A stretch of 64,000 nucleotides of DNA from Proteromonas lacertae (taxonomy: Eukaryota): contig NGBS01000608.1 in the NCBI GenBank assembly GCA_002245135.1, positions 1 to 64,000 on the forward strand, read 5' to 3'. This document shows, piece by piece, positions 1 through 15,216 of the stretch (its first letter is position 1; each line of letters begins with the position of its first letter). The notes below the pieces were generated by a model. The model did no database searches and was not told the DNA's origin. It saw only the letters and a program-made list of their open reading frames with translations. Both the position numbers and the translations under genes were made by a program.

Positions 1-3000
1 AACATTAAACTATCATACACTATATAATAACCATTTATTCCACCAACTGAATTAGAAGATTCTACAGAATAATCAAATCCAAAATATGCATTTGTTATTT
101 CTTCTTTTACAGGATAATCTTTCTCTAGTATTAATAATAAATGAATTATATTGGATTTTATATAGATTCCATTCTCATTTATAAAATCACATTGTTTACC
201 TTCATTTCCTTCCATTACACTAGAAAATGGATTTGGATCTAATAAACCAGTTGACTAGCTATTATCTCCACTTTTCCATTCATTATTTTAGCTGCATAGA
301 ATGATCGAGAGATATAGTTATTTGACATTAATTCAACAAAATTCGATCCTATCTCTTTCTTTACTCCTACCATTCCTTTTCTTACTGATGTTGGATCAAA
401 ACTATAAGATTCTCTACTCCCATTTCCCACAGTTTTACAGCTGTATAAGCAGCTTTCTGTTGATTGAACTAATTTGAAATAAGAACCAAATCGATTTGTC
501 ATTTTCATAAAAATTCATTCGCTTTTTCATATTTTCTTTCACTTCCTGTTCCAACTGCTATAAACCAAGAACCAAAGAATATATGATTCTCAAAATATTT
601 TTCATTTGTTTTAGTATCATATGCATCAACAAAATAATGAATATATACAAAATTTACTTCAGATGATTCCAAAGAATATAATGATTCAGATAAAGATAAA
701 GATAATTCATTATTCACTAAATCCATTATTACACAACCTTTATTATAATCACTCTTTATATTCTTTATTTCATCATTGTTAACTATCTCATTATAAATAT
801 AGAAATTATATTTTCTTTTCAATAAATCAAAATATCTTGAAATAATTCTTTAGAGGCATAACTAAATTCATCTTTATCATTATAGATTATACAAAATCCT
901 TTTGAATAACTCAATAAAGTAGATCGGAAGCATGAAGTAATTGATTCAAATTAGCTTGATTCACTATTCCATAACTATTACAATTTTCACCTTTCCGCTA
1001 TTCCCATATAAATAACAATTTCTTCGCTTTGTTAAAATAAGGAATCATTATATTATATTCTTTATCCCATAAACCACCAAATATTGCATTTACACCTGTT
1101 AATGCAGAGGTTTCTTTACTGATTGAATCTAATTTCTTTAAATCACTATCACTACTAATTATATCTACTTCAATCTGATTTTCCTATTAAACCATTTTCA
1201 TTTGTATTTATTTCTTCTACTGCATATAATATCGCACTTACCATCTCTCGGCCTCTTAATTCATCTCGACCATTCAACGATGCTATTATCTCAATCTTGT
1301 TACTTGGTTGTTTGTATTTTGAACCTATCTTTGTATCATTTAATACACATTTATATAATCCTGTATTTATAAACTTCTTCCAAGTTTAGGTCTTCCATTA
1401 TCATCGATTGCTTTCACTGTTATTTTTCCATTTCATCATTATAATATCGACCTACATACGTTCTTCTTTGGATTATGTTATTTGTTGCTAATTGCCATTT
1501 TCCTATTGGAGTTGTATATTCATTTTTGTAGAAATATTCTATTCCTATATCTCTGATCGATTTATCATCTTTTCCACTTATTAAATAATAATATCGATTG
1601 ATTGTTTCAGCCCAAAATAACACACAAGAATACATTGATTCATGATATCCATTCACTTCTAAACCACTTGGTAATGGATATCTCAATATATTCTAAATCC
1701 AATATTTCCAATTGATTCGATTGAGTTTAAATAATGTCTTAAACAAAAGAATGGTAATAATTTCTTTATTGAACCATTTGATACTGCCAAATGACTTACT
1801 TCTTCACATGTTGAGAATGAATAAAAAACATATTCATCAGTTGTTACACCTAAATCAACTAAAGCTTCAGATAATAATAAATGAATTCGAGCATTTCCAA
1901 AGAATAAAATTGTATTTCCACTTGGTAACATTGTCTTTATATTCTTCGCTATTGTACTTAATGACATTATATTCTCATCTAAACTTACGGAATATGTCAC
2001 ACTTCCTTTCAAATAATCGATATATCTTTCAGCATATGTACTGTATTTGATTGAAGTAGATTCAGATGTTCCAATTATTGCAAAATTCTTTAATCCTTGG
2101 TTTAATAATCTCATTATATAGATTTCTATAGAGGTTGGTTCTAATCCAATATGAATTATATTCTTTTCACAACTTTCACCTCCAAATAATCCAATATGAA
2201 ATAGTTTTATATTCTTTTCATTCAATTTGGGTAATATCATTTCTAAACACATTGAATTACTCGTACTAAATACCACATCATATTCATTCGTATTTAACGC
2301 TTCATTTAAACTGTTAAAACATATTGTTGAATCACTTTGATCATCAATTATTAAATAATCAACTTGTTTGTTATTGTTTATTCCTCCCAAATTATTTAAT
2401 TGGATTATTGCTTCTTTAAATGTTTCAGATATACCTACATAATCAGAATAATATATTCCTGAATTTGAAGTTACTAATATCACATGAATTATCTCTGTTG
2501 TGGATGTTGCACCACCATCATCATTATTGATATTTTCATTATTTATTAAGGTTGTTGTATCACACATTTTTCCATAATTTTCTGCAACATTCCAATCAAA
2601 TGCTTTAGGAATTGATCTTTGAACTGTTTTTACTACTTCTATTCCTTTTCCACTGTATTTATATACATACATATCTCGAACTAAATAATTACTCTTATCA
2701 AACCAAGTAGTTTGATCAGAATTTAGATATATACTGTATAAGTATTGTTTTAATATCAACAAATTTAAACTACCAGCATTACTCATTGCACTGATTATTG
2801 CATTTATTCCTATTGACATGGAAATTCCATCATCAGTTGTTTTGTAAAATCCAATATATTTCAATAATCGAGCTTCAGTTCTTTGAATTATATCACTACT
2901 TGTTACTGCACTATCTACACTTGAAACATAATAGAATTGATAAGGAATTCGATTATATTTCTTTTCAACTTCATCAGCATAGATTGACATTGAAAATATA

Positions 3001-6000
3001 TAATAATTATTTTCATCAGGATTGAGTTTCTCTAAAGTTTCTATTAATGAAAAGAATGGCTTTTTACTTAAGAAACTAACAATTATTCCTCCATTACTTA
3101 CACTTAAAGAATTGATTAATTGTTTTACTGTTTCCATCGAAAAGCGTTCAGTTTCTTGCATACTGAACTTTTGAACTACTCTCATTGAAGATGTGATTGA
3201 ATTAACAAATACTTCATAGAATTTATCCCAACTTGGATTTGGAGTATTAATTAAGATTATGTTTGCTTTATTTGTATTTTCCATATAAGAGATTGTTGTA
3301 TCAATTACTTGATTGATTATTGGACCGGTATAAAATACATTCTTATAACATTTTTCACCTATAAATCTTCCACTAACTATCAATAAACTATTATATTCTT
3401 CTGTTATTCGAACTGCTATATTTCGACAATAATCGGTTGTACATCCAACCATCAAGAAATTCACATTTTCATTCTTTATTCCAACTCCTAATTCATTTAT
3501 TTCATTCAATAATTTAGTTTTTAGTTTATTATCATTATCATTGTAGAATATATATATCAAATTCAGAAATCGACCTTTCTTTGTTGTTTCAACATTCAAA
3601 TTTATCTCATCAACTATCGCAGCTGAAGCTACTAACATTTGATAGAAATGAATTTCATTCTTTTGAGATAATATCACAAATAATGGGAAATAATTTATCA
3701 AATATTTTTCACTATTAATTGAAATGGTAAAACTACATTTATAAATATTTTTATTTTCGCTTATTAAATAAGTTGAATAAGGATCGGGAATTCTAGCTGT
3801 TGAAGAATCATATAACACTTTAAAATCGACTACAGAATTCTTGTTTTGAATTGTCATTATCAACGAAGGAATTGAGATTATATGATTTTCATTTATCATT
3901 AATGTTCCAATTGGAGAATTCACACTCACTCCACTTATTGAATTGATGAAATTTTCATATAAAAATGATTTCTTATTCTCAATTATGGATTTCCAAGCTA
4001 ATACACTTATTATTGAATAATACATATTATTAGTTGAATAATAGGATTCTACTAAATATGGATATAAATCTTTATAATATTCTACTATCAAATCATTCAT
4101 TTCATTTCCTTTTATTCCTTTCTTACTTGTCATTATCAACTGATTCACAAAATATCCAGAATATAATGGTAATACATTATAATCAACTCCAATATAATAT
4201 ATTCGGAAATTGGGTCTTACTATTTTACTTTCATAAAATACTTTAGCTAAAAATTGCATTTCACCTGTTTCCATCATTACTATGATTATTCCACTAGAAG
4301 TTAAATATGTAAATACTTGTTCGATTATGGCTTCATAACTTCTTCCATCTTTTAATATTCTGATTGATTTTAATACTTTGATGTTTAATGACGATAAATC
4401 ACTTATCAATATATCTTTAGATTTTCGACAGTATTCTACATCATTGTATAAAATCAAAACTCGAAATTTTGTCTCTAAATAATCACCTTCAATATAATAT
4501 TTTATTAATGTTCTGGATGTAAATGGAATTCCAACATATACTATATTCTCTTTACATTCTAATCCTTCATAATCATGAGGATAAAATAATATCATTTTAT
4601 ATTCAGATAATTTCTCTTTTATCTCATTTCGCATTTCGGAATTACTTAATCCAAATATATAAGATATCTTTTCTTCTTTAAATACATCCAAAGCTCCAAT
4701 TACTTTACTAACATCAGAATTTACATCTTTTACTATTGGTAAAATTATATATCCTCTTATTCCATTGTATTTCTCATTTATTACTTTACATATCAATATG
4801 TATGATAATAACATTGCAATATCTTGTTTAGCATAAGATCCACTTAATGATAATAACAAACCAATATTTATCACTGTTCGATAGTATTTCTCAGATCTTG
4901 AACTAAGCCAGTTACAACTGTATAGTGATTTTGGTAATATTGAATCAATATATACATTTGCTTCATTGGATTGTTCTAATAAAGTCATCATATGTGTTAA
5001 TATTCCATTACTATTATAAGCACTTATTGCTAGTGGATGACTTATCACATTATCTTGAGTAACTACTACTTTCCCAAATAACGTTTCAAATCCATCACTT
5101 GAATATAATTCATTTACTGTTGAATCAAAATTAGATAATACAGAACTGTCTTTTATTGATTCACATAACAAGAATAATGGTAATAAATACTTCAATTCAT
5201 ATCCATTCATTATATAACCATTTCCTAATACATTGTTGATATAATTGATGATTTTGTTACTCTTTAGATTTATTATATCTGATATTAAGAAATAATTTAT
5301 ACTAATTCTATTTTGAGTAAATGAATTATCTAAATTGAATGTGTAATAATAATAACTTAGCTTATAATTATTTAAATTATTTAAGAAATATCTCAATTTA
5401 TCATCACCTAAATTACAGATAATATAAGCATCTGAAAAATTATCTATTTTTCTACTTGAATAGTAATCCAAATTACCAATAAATTGGTTTATTTTATAAG
5501 CTATAGTATTAACATTTTCATTTAAATCTATTTGTAAATGACTTATTACTTGAATATCTAATTCTTTTATGGCTTTTAGAATTAGATTGTTTTGACTTTC
5601 TTTACTTGCATTATTATCATAAATAAATGCGATTTTACTTCCATATCCATATAATAAGAATTTCATCGCTGAATTTATAAATTGATCAGGTGAAGGAGAT
5701 ACAAAGAAGATGTTCTTTTTACAAATATTTCCTTCATTTATTCCAGTATAAAATAATATAGAATTTTGTAAACATAAACTGTTAGAATATAGTTGAAGTG
5801 AATCTATTCCACATCCACCTATGAAGATTCGAATATTATATTCATTTTGATCATTTTCCATTTTTTCAATTAAGGAGGAAGTCATTGGACATTCATAATA
5901 ATGATAAATCTATAAATAATAATAATATCAATTAAATATACAATTATTCTGGAGTTTAGATAATCTTCATTTCTTATATAGTTTGCTGACCATTTCAATA

Positions 6001-9000
6001 ATAATTCTATTTGTTCTTTTATTAGGTAATTATCATTTGATATTATTATTCCAATATGTAATGGATTGTTATAAATATTATTTATATCATATGAAAATAA
6101 ATTGCATGTTTTACTAGTGTTTGTCCACATCTATAATAATAATAATAATCATTATATAAATACTGTTGTATCATATCCATTTCCATACATTGGAGTTGGA
6201 TAACTATAGCTAAGTATAGGAAGTCCTACCATTTCACATCCTGTACTACCAGGTATTGTGCATGGGTAAAATACGATAGCAAATCCTTTGGTATAATAAT
6301 GAGATTCAGATAATTTCACTCCATCCAATTCTGCTGTTTTCATTTCTAAATTGTGGAGATAATTCATCATGGATTCTACCTTAAAAGTACCAATTTTTGA
6401 ATATCCATCTCTCAATATTTTCATTGGTTGATAAACATTCAAGAAGTTTTGAGTGATTAAATCTTTTGTTCCTGAAACTAATTCTATATCTTGGACTAGT
6501 TTATTAAAAGAATTTGATTTAGAAAAAGGATTATAACTATAAACAAAATATTGAGCACCATATGATAAAGAAACTGTATCTCTATAAATGTAATTAAACA
6601 TATATGAGTATTTACAATTTGTCATACTTAACATAGCATAATCATTTCTCACACTATCTGCATCAATGAATAAAATTAAAAATGCAACATATTCATAAAG
6701 ACTTTGATATGTATTACATATTGTTATAAAATCAATTGTTGAAGTTCTTACAAATAAAGAAGTTGTATCATTATATCCTTTGTAGATCAGATAATTCTTA
6801 GATTGTTCAGTTAATGAGATTGAAAATCTATTATATATATAAATAAAAACTATTATACTCATCTTTATCATCATATATTATTATCACATTCTTTGTCAAA
6901 CTCAATATTGTATCAATTGTCAAATATAAACTATTCTCATTTACTCTAGAATAGTAAAAAAAAGAGATAGTTAAAGAAAATATATTATATTAAGATCAAC
7001 AGAAAAAAGATATAACCATTATATTTGATTCACATGTATTACCTTCATAGATATAAAACAATATCAACAATTTATCATACTTATGTAATATTGGATTAAA
7101 ATATTCTACTTCTTTCTTTTTCAATAATCCTAAAAATGCTATTACATTCTCTTTCTTACAATCATTTATCAATGTTTCTTCTATTTCAGTTATATTATTC
7201 TTATATAATGGCAATAATGGACTTAAAATACCATTCGCTATTCCTCCAAATGTGTTAATCAAATCAATTGCATAATAAATATTACTAACTATATCAATTG
7301 ATTCTTTACTATCAAATCCATTTATTGGAACTAAAATCACTATATAATACTCTTTTCTACTCGATATAAATAATGATCCTCCTGTTATATAGTTATTATA
7401 ATCACACATTTCACCTGTTATATTATTAAAATAATAACTCTGTAAATTCGCTTTTGATTCAACCAATTGATCTGTTAAAGACATTACTGCTTTATCTTTT
7501 ACATTCTTTACTATATACTGGTAAGAATAACCAGAATCAGATAAACTATATGGACCATGAATAGTATCAATTCTTGCTGTGAATAATTGTTGAATTAATA
7601 AATCAAATTTCAATGTCATTGAATTACGAATTACTTTATCCCAAAGTTTAACTGAATGAAAAGCAGTAAACTCCATCGAAGATATATACATTGAATTATG
7701 TCCACCCATTTCACTTATAGTATTCATGAAAGAATAATCTTTATCGGCTCTATTCCATGTATATGGTTCAAATGAGTAATAACCCAATATAAATGGATTT
7801 CTATCATCATATTCAGCTATGTATAACACATAAGTTTTTAATGGGTCTAAAGATAATCCTTTATATGCATTTAATATGGATGTAACATAACTACTTTCTA
7901 AACATAAAATCACATTTCCTGAGAATTTATTACTCGATTCTGTATTATCATCTACAAATAGATGCATTCTAATATAAGACATGGCTGTAAATCCTTCAGC
8001 TATTGAATCATCTTTCATCACATATTCATATATATCTTTTATTTCATTCTCCATCAACATATGCTTCAAATAATTCGAAGTTAATTCTCCATATTTCAAT
8101 CTACTAGATATTATTGCTACTGGAGCTGTTGAACTTCTTAAATCGTTAATATAAAGAAATTTGGCTTTTACTGTAAATGATAAACCAGTGTAAACTATTT
8201 TCTCTTGACATTCAACACCTGTTGAATATCTTTCAGCCATTATTTGAATATCTTCCATTTCATTTGATTTTAATTCTATTTAAACACACAAAATATGATT
8301 TATATATACTTTGAATTAATAGATTTCTATCTTCTATTGTTAATGATGTAAATATGAAATTATAAACATTTAAATCATAATAATATTTCAATATTTTCAT
8401 TGTTTCATTTAAGGATTGTTTGTTATAATCAATTATTATTGGATAAACTGTTATCTTCAATAAACCCTAATTAACATTAAATAATATATATATATATACT
8501 TCTTCATTAGATTTTCTAATTTGATGCATTTCAGCAACTAATGCTGCTTTCTCTGAATAATTGTTATTACCTGATAAATAATGTAATAAAACTACACAAT
8601 GAACATAATTCACTTTACTTAAAGGACTAGAAACATTCTTCATCAATTCTGGTCTTCCCATATGTTCAACATAAGTAGATTTTATATTGAATAATAAAGT
8701 ATATACATTTGTAGTGGTATATATATTAACAATTATTGGATATATTATAACATTATATGATGTTAATGTCATTGTATTACTACCATCAAAATCTTCATTT
8801 CTATCATGTAATGAGTATATTAGAGTTGGATATTCTAATGTCTTTGATCTAAAATAACCAGCTTCAAACATTTTATATAACATAAATCTATTAATTAATA
8901 ATATAAAACAATATTTTCATACAGTTTATGAACAACCACTTGATTATCATCAGATGTCAATAATGTTGTGTCTATAACAGATTTATCTTGATTATAAGCT

Positions 9001-9833
9001 AATACAAACCTGATATACTCCCACTCTGGGTCTGATGTTGCTAATGTTGAAGGATTTGTGTCATCTTCAAGAATTACATCGATATCAAATCCACCATCAT
9101 TTCCTTGGGTTTCTAATCCATTGTCATAATATGCTTTCACTAAATCTGCCAAAATTGCATTCTTCACTAACACTATGGAAGAAAAACCTATTTGATTCAC
9201 TAATGGGTATTTCTTCAATGTGGATATTGTATTTGTTAAGTCTGTTGGTGTTTCAGGGAGTTCAATTATTTCTAGAGGAGGAACTGGGAAATATTCCAAC
9301 ATCTTTTTAACGGCTGAAGCATAAGGATGAGAGTTTTGATAAATAAATACACAGTCTCGGTTTTCATTAGCATAAATGTATACTAAAACAGAAAAACAAT
9401 AAATAATATAATATATACATCTTTCGAGTGTTTTGTATATCGATCCAAAGAATATAATATTGCTATATATCTGTGTTTCAGGTAAAGGGTGAATATTCCA
9501 CAATATCATACCATTATCCGATAACAGAGTGTTAATCTCGGTATAATTCGCAAATTTGACTAGATTGAAAATATTAAGAATGCCATTCTGTTTATATTCC
9601 AATAATACTTTTTCTAATCCTTGTCCATTACTACCTACTTCTTTACTTACTATATCTACAGTATATTTAAAAGTTGATGAGATGTTGACTTGCTTAAAGA
9701 AGTCATCTCTATAACCATCATCACTACTTGAGTGTGGATTATTCATTAAAAATCCAATTTTTATAGCATTTTTACAGCTGACTTGTGTAATCAGCAATAG
9801 AAGTGTTATAATGCCAAAATTAGTAAACTTCAT
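1..9833 (-). CDS. Giant secreted/surface protein with at least 9 tandem type-1 periplasmic-binding (UrtA/AmiC-like) domains; 3' end runs off the window
   Basis: ATG 9833 gives signal peptide MKFTNFGIITLLLLITQVSC. Short introns join ORFs 8895, 8467, 8260, 6996, 6152, 5882 and 1683. Repeated motifs INIGLLLSLSG...IN..GGI and FYPHDYEGLECKENIVYVG / IGEKCYKNVFYTGP / GGESCEKNIIHIG resemble UrtA YPVQYEGQECSKNIFYTG. Frameshifts/stops below ~1700. Confidence 0.8.
6954..7013 (-). other. U12-type AT-AC intron (60 nt)
   Basis: 5' ATATCTTTT, branch TTCTTTAAC, 3' TAC. Removal restores NIMV|YSRVNENSL. The nearby GT-AG option leads to an immediate TGA. Confidence 0.8.
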
Positions 9834-10406
9834 TATTAATGAAACGAATATATTTATATCGTTACACATTTTTTTAATATAAATCTTCATATTCGAGTGA
9901 TTAAAATAATATTTCCTCCTTTTGTTGAGCATATTGATTATTATAATAAGAGAAAATTAGATGAATAGGTGAAAATAGTTAATGAAAAGATACTGATAAT
10001 ATCTGCCTATATGATAGTATCATAAATAGGTTTCAAAAAATAAACTCATATTGTGATTGATAAGAGGTAATGAAACTAATTTCGACAGATATGGTGTCTG
10101 GCTGTTTGAAATACATTTTTTATTATAAAGGTAATAGACAGAAAACACATTGATTATTATAATACTCCTAAGTATTGAGTTTATCGTTTTAAATGGAACA
10201 GTTGTAGAAATAATTATAAATAATTTGAATAATAGTAGTATAATATGAATAGTGTAATTATAAAGTTTAATAAATGACCTATTCGTATTCTGACAGATTT
10301 CGTTAATTAAAAGTTATCATGATTATTAAACCCCATATTTGTGTTTGTTTTAAGATTTTAAGCAATTTGATTCATAATAAAACAAAATATAAATTACTGT
10401 TATTTT

Positions 10407-11989
10407 ATGAATAATATCAGTTTAAGGACGAGAGAAGAAGTGTTAGCCAACGAAAATTATCCAGTAAAGATAGAACAAGATGAGGATGGGAATAATGTAT
10501 AAAATAATCTATAATATACATAGATTAGAAAAGATATACTTGATCCAATCCAATATTTAAAGGTATAGTATATTTAATTATATTTTAGCATAAAATTGTA
10601 CAAGATCATAAAGAATATGTCAAAACAATGAAATATATAAAATCACAACACAACAAGCAAATATTTGAAATAAAACATGACCATGACATAAATAAGAATA
10701 GTATTAACGAGAAGATAGAAGAAATAGAAGTGAGAATTAATTCGTTAGGATCTTCAATAAATAGTGCAGATATACAAGAAATAAAAACTAAGTTATACAA
10801 ACAATCACAAATAATGCAAGATTTGCAGTCTGCAGATACATTACAAGGGAATTTTTTAAAGAATGAGTTGTTTAGTAAAATAAAGAAAGTGGAAATGCAA
10901 TATAAATCAACATTTGATAAAGTATATGGAATATATATTAATTACAATATAGAGAAAATTCCAAAAAATAAAAAAATTGTTAGATGGGATAGAATATTTA
11001 TCCAAGAAAATAGATGGAGTATTAGAAACGATAAATAATCCATCAAAAATACGAAAAAGAGCAAATAAAATGCAATTAACTCAAGCTTGGGAAGATGAGC
11101 GAAGATTAGAAGAAATAAAAGAAGAAGATAATAACGAAAATAGTTATAGTAGAGGAAAAGAAGATGAAAAAGATGTGATTATTAAAAGAAAAGGATGTTT
11201 TTATAAAGATGAAGAAAAAATATCAGATACTTTAAAGAAAACAAGACCAATAAAAGAAGATCACATTAACTACAATAATAATAAAGATGAAGAAATAAGA
11301 AAAGATGAAAAAGAAGAAGTAGAAGTTGTAGAAGAAATAAAATTAGAAGAAGATGAGACAATAACTGATTTAAATACTGAAACAATAAACAAAATATTGA
11401 CAAAAGTATTTTTATATATATTTCTATATTTGTTATATATATTTATATATATAATATAGAATGAAGATATATCAATAAAAATCGATGAAACTGGAAAATT
11501 AACATACAAATCCCCTCACATGAAAAAACAAAAAATATTAGAAATCAATAATTCAATCAATTATTTAATCAAACAAATGATTCATTTGTGTCAATTACGA
11601 TTGAATGAGAATAGTAAATTTATGATAAGTTTGTGTTGTAGTGGATGTTATAGAATATTAGACACATGTTTTGTTTTATTCCCTTGTGCACATGTGATTT
11701 GTTTAGACTGTAAAAGAGTATTTTCTTTCTATTTTTATTTTATTTTTTATTTTTAAAAAATATAGAAATTGGATATTAATCCTCATCATATATGTCCTGC
11801 TTGTAAGCCATTAGCACCAGTAGAAGGTTTTGCTTGTTATGATTTGTTGACTAATTTTATATCTTATATTGATAAAAGACAAACTATTCTATTAGTATAT
11901 ATCTATATATATATTTTATGTTTTATTATTTATAGGATAGTATTAAGAATTTAAGAGAATTAAGTGGTAATGAAGTACCTTCTAATTAG
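10407..11989 (+). CDS. Coiled-coil protein with C-terminal C3HC4 RING finger
   Basis: Spliced ORFs 10628, 10977, 11520, 11769; CSGC...FPCAHVICLDC...CPAC; TAG at 11987-11989. Confidence 0.7.
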
Positions 11990-12041
11990 AATAAATTTTA
12001 TAAAAATTAATAAAAATAAAATGTATATATATATAATTATG

Positions 12042-13084
12042 TTAATTACTAATATCTTTATAATAAAAACTATCACCACAACATTGTTCACATACTTTCC
12101 ATACTTTCTTCTGTTTACTTTCCCAATTAGCATCAAATCTAGATCTAACATTTTGACAATCAGTATAATACAAACCACTTTCATTAGTCATATCTACATA
12201 CTTCGACACTGCACAATATACACTAGTAGCTGCACCTTCTGCTGCATTTTTAAGCATAAACCTTGGTACAAACGTTAATGGATTAATTAAGAAGTTTCTC
12301 CATAATTTAGTATTGATTATACCTGGATGTACAGCATAGAATCGAATTCCATGACAATTCTCTTGTCTATTAAATTCTTTCATTAATTGTAAAATTCCCA
12401 TCTTTGAATTACAATAATTGAGCATCCTACAGTATAAACATGCTCTTTCTGGGTTTACTGTATAAAATGGATTACTAAACCAGTGACCAAGCGAAGATAA
12501 GAATATTACTTTTGCTCCTTTGGTTACTCTTAGCTTGGGTAATAATAACTTTGTAAAATACCAAGTACCTAAGACATTTACTCCAAAATGCTTTTCATAT
12601 CCATCTTCAGTTGCTTCATAACTCGATCTACATAGAACTCCTGCATTGTTGATTAATATATCTAAACGACTTTCTTTTTTGTTAAATTCTTTTGTAAAAC
12701 ATTTGATGGATGACATAGAGCCTAAATCCACCAAAGCAACACTAATATTTTCATTACCACTTGATTTTTTTAATTCGTTTGCAACAATTTGACCTCTTTC
12801 TATATCACGACATCCTATTGATATGATATATTTAGATATATTCTCTGAATACCTAAAACAAGTTTTGCTCCTGTCATAGATAATGCTTTAGCTGTTTCAA
12901 ATCCTATTCCTGAAGTGACTCCCTAACAAATTAGATTATTTAAATAGTAGATATACTGTTATAAGAATGAGTTTATCTTTCAGGTTAGGTTTTTCTTGAT
13001 TTATAATATCCATAGCTGTTGTGCGAGATCCATATGGATGACTAGAATATGATTTAAGTAATTATACCTTGAAGAACACCCCAT
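12042..13084 (-). CDS. Short-chain dehydrogenase/reductase, RDH12/WWOX-like, with N-terminal MGC acylation motif
   Basis: MGCSSSHPYGSRTTAMDI...TGVTSGIGFETAKAL, LINNAG, YCNSK, HPGIINT; 3 introns. Confidence 0.9.
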
Positions 13085-13191
13085 TTCGAAAAGTGATTCT
13101 TTTTGCTCGACAAAAAGCTTGTGTCTTTCTTCCTTTTTTTTATTCGATTGTTGGTACGCATAACAAAACAAGTATAAAATATGGTTGTATA

Positions 13192-15074
13192 TTAATCAAA
13201 GTAATCTGCTAAGTTAAATTCAGGATCCATTATGTAATCGTACATATAATCAACCTTAATGTGATTTAAAATCAAATTTTCAACACAATCCTCTAATTCT
13301 GTTTCTCCAACAAGTATTGCCCCATATAAAAATGAATCGTAGAAGAAAAATTTGATATATTCTTTGTTCTGAGTAATCCTAATACCAACTTTCACCTTTT
13401 CATTATCTTTCATTGGTATAACTTTATAATAGGATGTTAATGTAGTGACATTCGGTAATTCATTCACATAATCGTTCTGAATGAATGATTGAATATCATC
13501 TGGAAATGTTTGAGCATTATACAAACCTTACAAGCTCATAAATTAAAGATAAAAATTTATAAATATCTAAGATTGAAAATAGGATATAAGAAGAATCAGT
13601 TTATAATCTCCTATAGTAGTGATGTGAGAAAATATATCAAAAGAAATTCCTTTTTCTAAATCATCAACATCAATCATCTGTTTTGCAGCTTCAATACCCA
13701 TATTCCTCGCCTATTATAAGTAAATTATTGAAAATACTTGAATCCATAGTCTCATCTGTAGAAAGAAAGGGTATTTATTGGTATCATTTAATATATGACA
13801 AACATCTCCAGCAGCATATACATTTTTAACACCAATACACTCCAATTCATTATTTACTAAAATATATCCGTTTTCATCAAACTCAAACTTTGATTTGATT
13901 CTTTTATTTTTTAAAAAGTCACAGTTTGGTATTAATCCAGTGCCACTTATCTATTTATAATATAAACATTATAAAATACAACAAAACTTCCTCCAATTAA
14001 ACTGTTTTTATTGGTAAATACATAAATTGGATATTCTTTATCAATTATAATGCCATTCAACTCTTTTTCATCAATATTTGGTTTTAAAATCCATTCATTT
14101 TTTATATTCGAATATATACCAATAACTTCAGTATTATAATTAATTTGAAATGAATTATTGTTATAATCACCAGTATCAGTTGTAGTATTATTATTGGACA
14201 TTAGTGAGTGTAAAAAATATTTCCACTGTGGTCCAAGTGAAGTTCCATATTTTCCACTAACCAAATCACTTTTATTAATATCTTTAGATTTTTCTACCAT
14301 TTTCTTATTGATTTTATTTTTATCATTCATTTTATTATTATTATTTGTATGAAGTGATGGAATAATAAACTGTGCAATTCCATTATCAATGAATTTATAA
14401 GGCAATATAACTATTACGAATAATCCAACTTATTTTACATGAAGGAATCTAAAAGAAAAATGTTAATTATTAATATATAATATACATTTTGTATTATATC
14501 TAGTGATATTCCTCCATTTCCAATTAGTATAATTTTAAGATTTTCATTTTCTTTAATCTTTTCATTCAAATTATATAAACTCTATTAATATTTAAATATT
14601 GAAGTAAAAATACATTCAAATCTCTAATTCCTAGTATTAATGGATCATTTGCTATAAGTTTTGGACGAGCTCCAGTTGCTACTAATAATTTATCATATCC
14701 TATTTCTTCCTACTATTCTTATATAATTCATTTAATTATACTATCTGTGATTACTATTTGTTTATCAGTGTCAACACCTAATACATTCGCATTTAATACT
14801 GTTAATTGTGGATACTTACTACATAAATCACTCATACTTCTAATTCACTATATTAATAACTATTCATTATACAATTCAACAATATCAAAATTTACGAGCG
14901 ATTCTGTAACTCTAGTGAGGTTACATACCTATAAAAATAAGAAAATCACAGAAATACATCTTTTATTGATGCAGAAGTAGTTATTAAAGTAATTTTATCA
15001 TCTGGATGTCTTGAACTTATAAATTCAATACAAGAAGTACCGCTAATCCCACCACCTATGATTATTTCATGCAT
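13192..15074 (-). CDS. PYROXD1: Pyridine nucleotide-disulfide oxidoreductase domain protein 1
   Basis: IIGGGISG, VATGARPK, IGNGGI, SLGPQW, YAAGDVC, QMRLWIQARNMG, GAILVGETELED..ENLILN...ADYFD. Confidence 0.9.
13528..13587 (-). other. U12-type AT-AA intron (60 nt)
   Basis: 5' ATATCCTAT, branch TCTTTAAT. Removal restores YKLILL|GLYNAQ. Contains an in-frame TAG and there is no GT donor nearby. Confidence 0.8.
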
Positions 15075-15216
15075 TTAATATTAATACACTACAATACAAA
15101 ATGTATTTCTGTGTATTTTTTATTTCCTTGTTAAAACACAACAAAACAACATAATTTAAAAATAAACACATATTAAATATCCTACAAATCTACGAATCAT
15201 TAACATACGTTTACTC

